A stretch of 64,000 nt of DNA, taken from assembly GCA_031423255.1 (NCBI GenBank), contig JANPFD010000253.1, forward strand, positions 14,941 to 78,940, read 5' to 3'. The notes under the pieces are model-generated. The model was given only the letters and a program-made list of their open reading frames with translations. It did no database searches and was not told the origin of the DNA. The stretch is from Myxococcales bacterium. Its GTDB lineage: Bacteria; Myxococcota_A; Polyangia; Fen-1088. How positions within the stretch are numbered: position 1 is the first letter of the stretch; the number at the start of each line of letters is the position of its first letter. Below, in pieces: positions 28,830 through 38,456 of the stretch. A program made the position numbers and the translations under genes.

Positions 28830-29080
28830 GATCTCCGGACCCCGGTCCGGATCTCCGCCGCACCATCCTCGATCTCCGGACCAGCCCCCCGAGTTCCGCA
28901 CCCCACTCACTCGATCTCCGGACCCCGGTCCGGATGAACGATCCCGACTTCCCCGATCTCCGGATCCCGGTCCGGATGAACCACCCGCCCTCCCTCGACT
29001 TCCGCCCGCCAGGTGGGATGTCCGCGGTCGATTCCCTCGATCTCCGCCTGGCGCCTGGATATCCGAGGTGCACTCCCCAG
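28830..29080. repeat. Six phased ~42-nt tandem repeats with an 18-nt palindromic core (TCCGGACCCCGGTCCGGA)
   Basis: Units start at 28830, 28871, 28913, 28955, 28997 and 29039, each beginning GA(T/C)(C/T)TCCG. Units 1, 3 and 4 keep the inverted repeat and the others are decayed. No frame through them is coding-like. Confidence 0.8.
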
Positions 29081-29623
29081 GTTTCCCCACACCGGCCGGG
29101 AACTCGGAGGCGGCCTCCATCGATGTACGGAGACAACGTGGCTGGAACGCACTGGAAGTTTCCCCACGGCCGTGTGGGTGGCTTCAACACCTTCCGGGCT
29201 CGTCACGCGTTTCCAGCCTCCGACGGAAGGTAAGGCGCAGGTACGGCGGGCGGCCCTCAAGTCGGGTGGCGGGGTGGAGGCAGCCGCGAGGCTGGAGGAT
29301 GGGGGGGCGGTGGCCGATCTCGCGGAGGCGGGGGTGGCTCGCCATCGGCGCTGCGCGGGACGCGCTGTGGAACGCCATCGGGCGTCCCCGGCCGAGTCCA
29401 GCGATAGACAAGGTGTTCCCCGATGGCCTCACGCATCCTCGCGGCGGCGCCGGGCATCTGGCCGGAGCAGCTGCGGCAGACTTTGGCGGCTGACATCACC
29501 ACCCACCGCGGGTCGCTCCAGCGGGCGCTGGACGCTCACCGTCCCACGAAGGCCACGGCCCGGATCGCCCGATCCGTCTAGTTCAAGCGCGACCTCCTGT
29601 CGCACGAAATCATCCCCGACGCG

Positions 29624-29971
29624 TTACGGTCGGAGCACACGGAGGGACCCACCGCCTCGGGCAAGACCTTCACCGTTTTCTTCCAGAGCGACGGCGGGTG
29701 CCCGGGTGTTTGTCGAGGCGTGGGCCAACATCCCAGGCCAAAGGCTGCGAGTCCTCTCGTACGCGAAGGCCCAGAGCAACCCGGCGCCAAACAGCTCGAT
29801 CGTGCCCGCCATCGAGTATCCGTGCACGATCGTGAACATCCCCGCGCTGACCACCGCAGCGAACGGCACCTTCAGTCGGCTACGCAGGGAGGTGTAGATT
29901 ACTCCTCGGAAACCGACGTCTTCGATAAGAGGGGCAACCTCGACCATTTTCGTCGCGTACCGGGGCTGCAC
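29624..29971 (-). pseudogene. 3' remnant of a CPBP (CAAX/Abi) intramembrane glutamic protease gene
   Basis: APLIEDVGFRG (EExxFRG-type motif 1), FTIVHG (motif 2) and GMLAHASTN (HxxxN motif 3) are all present. The TM helices that normally precede motif 1 are missing. A 60-nt sample has about 53% G+C, and third-position G+C is low. Confidence 0.55.
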
Positions 29972-30026
29972 ATCGGGGGCGAGTACACGTAACCGGGGCC
30001 CTGACTCCTGCTGGTATCATCCGGCG

Positions 30027-31133
30027 GTGGCATGGTTCGCACGGCGGGTGAGCATCTTCCAGAGCCTGCTACTCGCGTTCGCGATCCCCTCCTGCACGCG
30101 ACCGCTGGACGCAGAGCTTTCCGTGATCCGTGATGCCGGTGCTGATCGGCGCGAGCCGGTCGTCGATCTTGGTGCAGGGGTCGAGTCTGGTCGTGGCGGG
30201 GATGCTCAGGTCCTTGCACCGGATGCTGGACGGGACATGGTCCCCTCCCCTCGTGACGTCGGCGCCCCGGAGGACCTCGGCCAGGATCGGCTCGCAATGC
30301 CTGATGGGCCCAAAGATGCCCTCTCATGCGGCAGCAATTCGCCGCCGGAGGGCACATTCAAGAGTGTCAGTTCCGGTTCCGGCGATTCGTGCGGGGTCCG
30401 TCCGAATGGGGACATCGTCTGCTGGGGCGGATACCGTTACGGACACCGCTCTGCCGTGGTGACGCCCGGGCCGTTCGTGGATGTGGCGAGCGGCGCATGT
30501 GTATGTGGCGTTCGCGACAATGGATCCATCGAGTGCTGGGACTGCGCAGATCCACTTTCCGCTCCCCCGGCTGGCGCCTTCGTGCGTGTGGAGGCCGGCG
30601 AATCACATTTCTGCGCCCTTCGTGCCGACGGCACGGTCACTTGCTGGGGCCTCAGACAGAGTGCGATGCCTCCGTTCGTTCCGCCGGGGTACAAGTTCAC
30701 CAACCTCAGCTCGGGGGCCTACACGGCCTGTGGTGTCGAGATGAGCGCTCGCCAGACCGTCTGCTGGATGCCTGGAGGCTATCCGGACAGCACCAGAACC
30801 TACGCGGGGTACACCGAGGTAGCGGCCGGACGATTCTTCAACTGCGGCCTCCTCGCCGCCGGCGACCTCTCGTGCTGGGGTGATGACAGCTACGGACAGC
30901 TACGCCGTCCCGGCGGAGCGTTCCTTCACGTAACCGCCGGCGACTTTCACGCCTGTGCTCTGCGCGCTGACGGCTCGGTCGCTTGCTGGGGCGGGAACAA
31001 CTACGGCCAGTCCACGCCACCATCGGGGATCCGCTTCACCCAGATCAGCGCCGGCATGGTCCACACGTGCGGCGTCGCCACCGACGGCACCGTCAAATGC
31101 TGGGGCGGGAATCCGATCTACTGCCCGGAGTAG
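30027..31133 (+). CDS. RCC1-repeat (beta-propeller) secreted protein
   Basis: GTG start with a signal-like N-terminus. Seven blades of the type CGVRPNGDIVCWG, CGVRDNGSIECWD, CALRADGTVTCWG, NCGLLAAGDLSCWGDDSYGQL, HACALRADGSVACWGGNNYGQS, HTCGVATDGTVKCWGG. Confidence 0.85.
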   Translation: MAWFARRVSIFQSLLLAFAIPSCTRPLDAELSVIRDAGADRREPVVDLGAGVESGRGGDAQVLAPDAGRDMVPSPRDVGAPEDLGQDRLAMPDGPKDALSCGSNSPPEGTFKSVSSGSGDSCGVRPNGDIVCWGGYRYGHRSAVVTPGPFVDVASGACVCGVRDNGSIECWDCADPLSAPPAGAFVRVEAGESHFCALRADGTVTCWGLRQSAMPPFVPPGYKFTNLSSGAYTACGVEMSARQTVCWMPGGYPDSTRTYAGYTEVAAGRFFNCGLLAAGDLSCWGDDSYGQLRRPGGAFLHVTAGDFHACALRADGSVACWGGNNYGQSTPPSGIRFTQISAGMVHTCGVATDGTVKCWGGNPIYCPE

Positions 31134-31173
31134 TTAACATCGTGGCCGAATTTTTCATGGGATGGGCCTCGGA

Positions 31174-31330
31174 TCACGGAGCCGCGAGAACGGCGAGCTC
31201 GGCGGGGTCAAGCGCGCGGTCGTAGAGCCGGACGTCGTCGACAGCGATAGGGCGCCAGGAGGCCGTTGAGCCCCGTCCCCTTGCCCCCGCTCACCAGTCG
31301 AACCAACGACTTATGATCTGAGGACGACCG
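31174..31330 (-). pseudogene. Frameshifted C-terminal remnant of a LamG / concanavalin-like lectin domain gene
   Basis: One frame reads SLVRLVSGGKGTGLNGLLAP. A frame shifted by 1 nt continues IAVDDVRLYDRALDPAELAVLAAP-stop (stop at 31174-31176). This is the characteristic last strand of LamG domains (F.G.iDDVRiY.RAL...E). The rest of the domain is absent. Confidence 0.5.
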
Positions 31331-31332
31331 AT

Positions 31333-33063
31333 TCATGGGCAGCGGCCGGCGCCGCCGCATGTGCCCGTCTTGCATACGCGACCGGGACAGCAGAGCTGCC
31401 CGGACCCGCCGCAGAGCTGGCATACGGTGTTCGCGTCACAGACGTAGGGGGCGCCGCAGTGATCATTGTTAGCGCCCTGACAGCAAGCCTGGCCGAGACC
31501 GCCGCAGGGGTTGCACACGCCGCGGCGGCAGAGGGCCGATGCGGCGGTGCAGTCGATGCCGCCGCCGCAACAGGGTTGCCCGAGCTTGCCGCAAGCGCCG
31601 TTCATGCACCCGCCGTTGGTGCACGTGCCTCCTCCGCCCGAACAGGCCCTTCCGTTGCCGATGCAGATCGGAAAATTGGCTGCGTTGTTGTCGCAGCATC
31701 CGCCGTCGTTGCACAGGTTCGACTCGCAGCACGGCTGTCCGGCGCCACCGCAGGCCTGACAGGCCCTGGTGTCCTGGTTGCACGCGAGCCCGGCCGCCGT
31801 GCAGAAGTCAGCGGCGTCGGCGCCCCCGGGGCAGCAACGCTGCCCCGCGCCTCCGCAAGTCGCCCCGCCGCCGGACGAGCAGCTCGACGTCGCCGTGCAG
31901 GTACCGAGCACGCCACCGCAGCTCGATCCCGCGGCAACGCACAGACCGCCGCCGCAGCAGCCGCCGGAGCAGGTGGAGTTGGGGCAGCAGGGCTGCCCGG
32001 CGCCACCGCACGCCACCACCTGGCCCGCGGAGCAGACCATCGCCGCGCCGCCGGGCTGGCCTTGGCCGGATGCCACGCAGGAGCCGCCGACACAGCAGCC
32101 GCCGCCCACGCAGGTGTCACCCGGACAGCAGGCCTGCCCCTGTCCCCCGCACGACACGCACGAACCAGCGGCGCAGGACCCGCCGTTCCTGCAGGTCGCC
32201 CCGCCGGCCACGCAGGTGCCCGCGACCGCGTCGCAACACCCACCACCTCCACAGGTGTTCCCCGCGCAGCAGGGATCACCGGTGTTGCCACAAGTGCGGC
32301 AGATGCCGCCCCCGCAGGCGAATCCGCTCCCGCTGCAGGTGTTTCCAGCGCAGCAGGTCTCGCCGCCGCCCCCGCACTTCTGGCAGACGCCCGCTCCGCC
32401 GCAGGCGAGATCGGCGGCGCCGCAGGTTCGACCACCGCAGCAGGGCTGCCCCAGCCCGCCGCAGGCGTTGCAGACACCTGCCACGCAGACCGCGCCGCCT
32501 GCCGTACACATCCCCTGGCAGCAGGGCTGTCCCTTGCCGCCACAGGTGCCGCAGCTGCCGGCAGTGCAGGTTCCGCCCACAACCGGGCAGGCGCTCCCCT
32601 GTCCGGTGCACACATTGTTCAGGCAGCAGCCGCCGCTGGCGCAGCTGGTGCCCGCACAGCAGGCCTCGCCCGCGGCGCCACAGCGGGTACAGACGCCGGC
32701 ACCTCCGCACACGGTGCCGGCGTTGCAGACGCGACCGGCGCAGCAGGTTTCTCCGGCGTTGCCACAGGCGGGAGCCCCGCCGGCTCCGCCCATGCCGCTG
32801 CCAGCGGTACCGCCACCGCCGCCGATTCCGCCACTGCCGCCCCGGCCACCGCTGCCACCGCCGCCACCACCGTCTGCACCTGCCCGGCCGTCACCGGGGG
32901 CCGCAGCGCCATCTCCGGCACCTCCCGCGCCCGCGCCACCGTCATCGCTGAAAGGCTGGAGGCCCTTGCCCCTGCCGCCGCAACCGCCCGTGGCCACGGC
33001 CAGAAGCACGAGGCCCGCGAGCACCGAGCCCCCGAAGCGCAAGCAAGACGGCAGCGTGATCAT
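31333..33063 (-). CDS. Extreme Cys/Gly-rich repeat lipoprotein (576 aa)
   Basis: ATG 33063 is preceded by AGGAGG. Lipobox LLAVATGGCGG. A Gly-rich spacer is followed by 13 copies of C-G-x-x-G-x-x-C-C and 5 GGCC motifs, giving 18 CC doublets by my count. All plus-strand ORFs here are Ala/Pro/Arg-rich antisense artefacts. Confidence 0.8.
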   Translation of the reverse strand: MITLPSCLRFGGSVLAGLVLLAVATGGCGGRGKGLQPFSDDGGAGAGGAGDGAAAPGDGRAGADGGGGGGSGGRGGSGGIGGGGGTAGSGMGGAGGAPACGNAGETCCAGRVCNAGTVCGGAGVCTRCGAAGEACCAGTSCASGGCCLNNVCTGQGSACPVVGGTCTAGSCGTCGGKGQPCCQGMCTAGGAVCVAGVCNACGGLGQPCCGGRTCGAADLACGGAGVCQKCGGGGETCCAGNTCSGSGFACGGGICRTCGNTGDPCCAGNTCGGGGCCDAVAGTCVAGGATCRNGGSCAAGSCVSCGGQGQACCPGDTCVGGGCCVGGSCVASGQGQPGGAAMVCSAGQVVACGGAGQPCCPNSTCSGGCCGGGLCVAAGSSCGGVLGTCTATSSCSSGGGATCGGAGQRCCPGGADAADFCTAAGLACNQDTRACQACGGAGQPCCESNLCNDGGCCDNNAANFPICIGNGRACSGGGGTCTNGGCMNGACGKLGQPCCGGGIDCTAASALCRRGVCNPCGGLGQACCQGANNDHCGAPYVCDANTVCQLCGGSGQLCCPGRVCKTGTCGGAGRCP

Positions 33064-33193
33064 GGAAAGCCTCCTGTCACTTGGAGGCCGTTCCCCTCGG
33101 TTTTCGTCAAAACAATGGCCTGTAGATGGACGGCGCGTCATGGTGCCCAGGCTACCAACTTTATTTTCACGCCCATAACCATCCTGCGAGGGC

Positions 33194-35163
<1,970 letters not shown>

Positions 35164-35167
<4 letters not shown>

Positions 35168-35442
35168 GTGGTCCTCCTGATCTCGAATGAAGCCGGTGCC
35201 CCTGCTCCGTCGCCCCAGTCGGCCTCGACTGCGTCGACATGGGCACCCAGCGGTCCCTGCCGTAAGTACGCCAGGAAGGCCTCGAGCCGCTGCTCGTCTC
35301 CCTCGGCGTCCACCTCGACGGTGCCGTCGGTGCGGTTGCGCACCCAGCCCGACAGGCCCAGCTTCTGCGCCTCGTACCGGGTGGTGGCGCGGAAGCCGAC
35401 GCCCTGGACGCGACCACGGACGGTCGCGTGCAGGCGCCTCAT
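35164..35442 (-). CDS. Acylphosphatase
   Basis: 92 aa. [11 protein letters not shown] and [12 protein letters not shown] are the two acylphosphatase signatures. 4-nt overlaps on both sides. Confidence 0.9.
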
Positions 35443-36869
35443 GGCTGCACCCGGAGATCGGCGGCCGACGCGTCCTTGGTGGCGGCCGCGCGTAGCACCG
35501 GCACCGATTTGAAGGAACCGGGGCGACCGTCCGCCGGCGCGCTGAGAATCCGGATCGCTCCGTCGGCGCCGACCGCCGCAGCGAGCAGCCAGCGACCATC
35601 GGGCGTCGTGTCGATGGCGCCGAGCCGGCCGCGCCCCTGTGCCCCCAGGATCTCCAGCGCCGGATCGTCGGAGCGAACGCGAAATACCGCCGAGCGATCG
35701 GCGCCCTGGACCGCTGCCGATAGATACACGGTCGGCGACGGCAGACGGATCGCGGCGCCGCTGGCCAGCGGCGGAACACGCCCGGTCGCCAGACGACCCG
35801 GCGCGCCGGCAGCCGGGATCTCCACGGTCTGGGCGACCCGGGCGCGCCCTGCGCCCTGGAACTGGACGATGTGCACGCGCGTGGGCTGAGCGAGCGGGCG
35901 ATCCGGCGCGATCTGCCCGGTGGCCACCCAGAGCCGGCTGCCGTCCTGCGAGAACACCATGTCCGCGACGCCACCAGCCTCGATCGGCAGGGCCACAGTG
36001 GCGGCCACTGCCATCTGATCGCAGTCGAGAAAGATCAGTCGACGGTCACGCGGGGTCACCACCGCCAGGAGGCGACCATCGGGTGAGAGCTCCGCCCGCA
36101 GCGGCGAGCGGGCCTCGGCAGGGAGCGCCAGTGGTGCGCGTCGAACGGGCCGCAACGGCGACGAGAGATCGAGGAGCACCACGTCCGCGGCGCGCACCAC
36201 GGCGCCCAGATGGGCGGCCGGAGCGACGGTGAACCCGACGATCGGATCCGGGCCGAGTTCCAGCCGCTGGCCGAGCGCCGGTCCGCCCGGGGCGGGCAAC
36301 TCGATCACGGTCACGCGGCCGGAACCCGACAGCACGTAGGCAGCGCGTCCGTCGGCGCTCAGCCGCAGGAAACGGGCGTCGGGGACCTCGGTCTCGCTCG
36401 CCGGCGCAACCGAGTCGTCTATCTCGACCCAGGCGATGCGATTGCCCCCCGGGGACAGCAAGGCGCCGTACCGCTTGATCGTCAGCGCGCGCTCGGCCCG
36501 CCCGTACTCCTGGGTCACGTCGACCACCTGCGGGCCGCTCGGGGTCCCCGGCGGCACGCGCACGAGGATGCCGCCGTCACCGGTCCGCGCGATCACGGTG
36601 GCCGGTCGACCGCCGATCTGCACCGTCGGTTGGCGCCCGAACGAGCGCCCGCGGATCCAGAGCGCCTCGCCAATCACTGCCACGCGGTCGGACGCGCGCG
36701 GCCGCAGGTCGCCCGTCGCGGGGACATCGCCACCGCCGAGGTCGACTACGTCGACGATGGCCGGCGCGCGGCCTGCCTCGGTGAGTTCACGCGTGTCGAT
36801 GATCTGCGTCGCTGGCGCTGCGCAGGCGACGATCCCGACGACCCCGAGGGTCAGCCCCCTGCCCCGCAC
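35439..36869 (-). CDS. Lipoprotein with an IPT/TIG domain and a beta-propeller-like region
   Basis: GTG start. Lipobox VGIVACAAP. The IPT-like segment is [56 protein letters not shown]. Repeated beta-strand blades follow. Confidence 0.7.
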   Translation of the reverse strand: MRGRGLTLGVVGIVACAAPATQIIDTRELTEAGRAPAIVDVVDLGGGDVPATGDLRPRASDRVAVIGEALWIRGRSFGRQPTVQIGGRPATVIARTGDGGILVRVPPGTPSGPQVVDVTQEYGRAERALTIKRYGALLSPGGNRIAWVEIDDSVAPASETEVPDARFLRLSADGRAAYVLSGSGRVTVIELPAPGGPALGQRLELGPDPIVGFTVAPAAHLGAVVRAADVVLLDLSSPLRPVRRAPLALPAEARSPLRAELSPDGRLLAVVTPRDRRLIFLDCDQMAVAATVALPIEAGGVADMVFSQDGSRLWVATGQIAPDRPLAQPTRVHIVQFQGAGRARVAQTVEIPAAGAPGRLATGRVPPLASGAAIRLPSPTVYLSAAVQGADRSAVFRVRSDDPALEILGAQGRGRLGAIDTTPDGRWLLAAAVGADGAIRILSAPADGRPGSFKSVPVLRAAATKDASAADLRVQP

Positions 36870-36878
36870 GATTCGACT

Positions 36879-37121
36879 CTACAGCGGACCTTCGGTGACC
36901 GTGACGCCGACCAGGTTGTTCGGGACGATCGGTAGCTCGTCGAACCTGGCGACGACGTTTCCTCGCCCGTCGAGCACCTGCACCTTGGACAGCACCGCGT
37001 ACTGCACCGGCCCCTGCGGCGGCGCGCACGAGGCGAGGTAGCCGACCACCTTGGCCCCCGTGTCGTACTCCAAGGTGACCCGGTGGCTGATCATGTCGCG
37101 AATCTTCTTGTAGTCAGGCAT
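36879..37121 (-). CDS. Small hypothetical protein (80 aa)
   Basis: A clean ATG ORF 9 nt upstream of the next gene in the same operon-like string. No recognisable motif. Confidence 0.55.
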   Translation of the reverse strand: MPDYKKIRDMISHRVTLEYDTGAKVVGYLASCAPPQGPVQYAVLSKVQVLDGRGNVVARFDELPIVPNNLVGVTVTEGPL

Positions 37122-37153
37122 GGCGCGGGCCGGACTCTACAACAGAACGCGAT

Positions 37154-37693
37154 CTACGGGTGCCCGGGAGGCATGCCAGCTGCGGGTGGGCTGCCGCCGA
37201 GGGTGACGTCCTCGGTCTGCAGCGTGTCGAGGGGGATGGTGAGATCCTGGGTGCCGACCTTGATGTCGTTCGCCTGACCGAAGACGTCCCCCTTCTTCCT
37301 TGTCAGGCCATCGCCGTCTTTGTCGACACGTGCTGTGATGGAGACCGTCCCGTGAAAAGGGGTCCCGGGGATCATGGCGTCGCGGCCGCTCAGCGTGAAA
37401 CGCATCGGAAACTCACCCGCCGCGAGGCGCTGCACGGCCAGCATCAAACCCTGACCCGGCGCCGAGCCGGCACGGCGGGCGATGAGGAAAATCGTGTTCC
37501 CGACGGCGACATCCCTCTTGCGGGCGGCGGGCAAGGTGATGGTGCCGCTGATGCTCTGCCCAGGATCCGGCGGCGGCGGCACCAGCTCGGCGGACGGCAC
37601 CGGAGCAGGTGCTGGTGCTGGTGCTGGCGCCGTGCTCTGGGTCTTCGAGCAGGCCGCGAACAGGACCATCGTCAACACGAATCCGCTGCGCAT
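37154..37693 (-). CDS. Lipoprotein, function unknown
   Basis: Lipobox MVLFAACS followed by an (AP)n linker and a beta-rich domain. Confidence 0.65.
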   Translation of the reverse strand: MRSGFVLTMVLFAACSKTQSTAPAPAPAPAPVPSAELVPPPPDPGQSISGTITLPAARKRDVAVGNTIFLIARRAGSAPGQGLMLAVQRLAAGEFPMRFTLSGRDAMIPGTPFHGTVSITARVDKDGDGLTRKKGDVFGQANDIKVGTQDLTIPLDTLQTEDVTLGGSPPAAGMPPGHP

Positions 37694-37726
37694 CGGGAGA
37701 CCCTACCGCGGTGTATAACCTCGTCA

Positions 37727-38443
37727 ATGCCCGCGATCACCACGCGCCTGCGATCGCGCCAGACGGTGGCAACCGACGTGGAGGATCTGGTGTTCGACCT
37801 GGTCGAGCCGTCCCGGTTCGAGTTTCATGCCGGGCAGTTCGTGACCCTTGCCGTGGGCCAGGATCCGACCGGCCAGAGCCTCCGGCGTAGCTACTCGATC
37901 GCCTCGATGAGCGACCGCAGCGATCACCTCCGGTTCCTGATCCGCGTCATTCCGGGTGGCGTGGCGTCCGACTTCTTCACCCACATCGCAATCGGCGCCC
38001 GGGTGGAGATGACCGGCCCGCACGGCTTCTTCGTGCTCCAGCCGCAACACGCGGGCGACGTGGTGTTCGCCGCCACCGGCACCGGTCTGGCGCCGGTGCT
38101 GCCGATGCTGGGCGAGCTCACGCGGCGGCCGCAGGAGACGGGGCGCCGGCTGGTCTATTGGGGTCTCCGGCAGGAAGGCGACCTGTTCCTCGTCCCCGAG
38201 GTCGACGCGCTGTGCGCCAAGTCCGGGGCCACCCTGGTCACCTACCTGTCGCGTCCGTCCGACGCGTGGACCGGAAACCGTGGCCGCATCACCGCAGCCG
38301 TGCTGGCCCAGATGCCATCGCTGCGCGCGCCGACGTTCTACCTGGTGGGCAACGGGGCCATGATCGCCGAGCTCAAGAGCGGCCTCGTCACAGCGGGCAT
38401 CGACCGTCGGAAGCAGATCCGTACCGAAGCGTTTTTTGACTGA
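37727..38443 (+). CDS. Ferredoxin-NADP reductase-like FAD/NAD(P)-binding oxidoreductase
   Basis: 238 aa forming the C-terminal part of track ORF 37160..38443. RRSYSIAS (RxYS FAD motif), MTGPHGFF and VFAATGTGLAPVLPM (NAD(P) GTGxAP motif). Confidence 0.85.
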   Translation: MPAITTRLRSRQTVATDVEDLVFDLVEPSRFEFHAGQFVTLAVGQDPTGQSLRRSYSIASMSDRSDHLRFLIRVIPGGVASDFFTHIAIGARVEMTGPHGFFVLQPQHAGDVVFAATGTGLAPVLPMLGELTRRPQETGRRLVYWGLRQEGDLFLVPEVDALCAKSGATLVTYLSRPSDAWTGNRGRITAAVLAQMPSLRAPTFYLVGNGAMIAELKSGLVTAGIDRRKQIRTEAFFD

Positions 38444-38456
38444 TAATAGCCACGGA

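Noticed and set aside
28830-29080. The 42-nt repeat array read as a CRISPR array
   Set aside because: The conserved part is about 24 nt and the variable part only about 18 nt. The units decay progressively rather than staying identical, and there are no cas genes in the window.
28907-29260. 118-codon TTG ORF ending in 14-aa periodic peptides (..AEIEGIDRGHP / TWRAEVEGGRVVHP / DRDPEIGEVGIVHP / DRGPEIE), read as a repeated-core RiPP (graspetide-like) precursor for the ATP-grasp gene
   Set aside because: The repeats are palindromic at the DNA level. Most units lack the Thr/Ser/Lys residues needed for ester or amide crosslinks. Third-position G+C is not coding-like, and the periodicity continues past the stop codon in decayed form.
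28711-29493. 260-aa plus-strand ORF and other ORFs (28768..29190, 28809..29120, 29013..29897) covering the 900-nt gap
   Set aside because: The translations are low in complexity (Pro/Arg/Gly/Ser), are driven by the DNA repeats, and have no coding-like third-position bias. The exception is the short 29423-29581 stretch, which is reported separately.
36879-37121. The idea that the 80-aa protein is an Sm/Hfq-like RNA chaperone
   Set aside because: The idea rests only on a vague alternation of beta-strand-like segments (VTLEYDTGAKVVGYL ... VLSKVQVL). There is no Sm1 or Sm2 signature I can point to, and it needs a profile or structure search.
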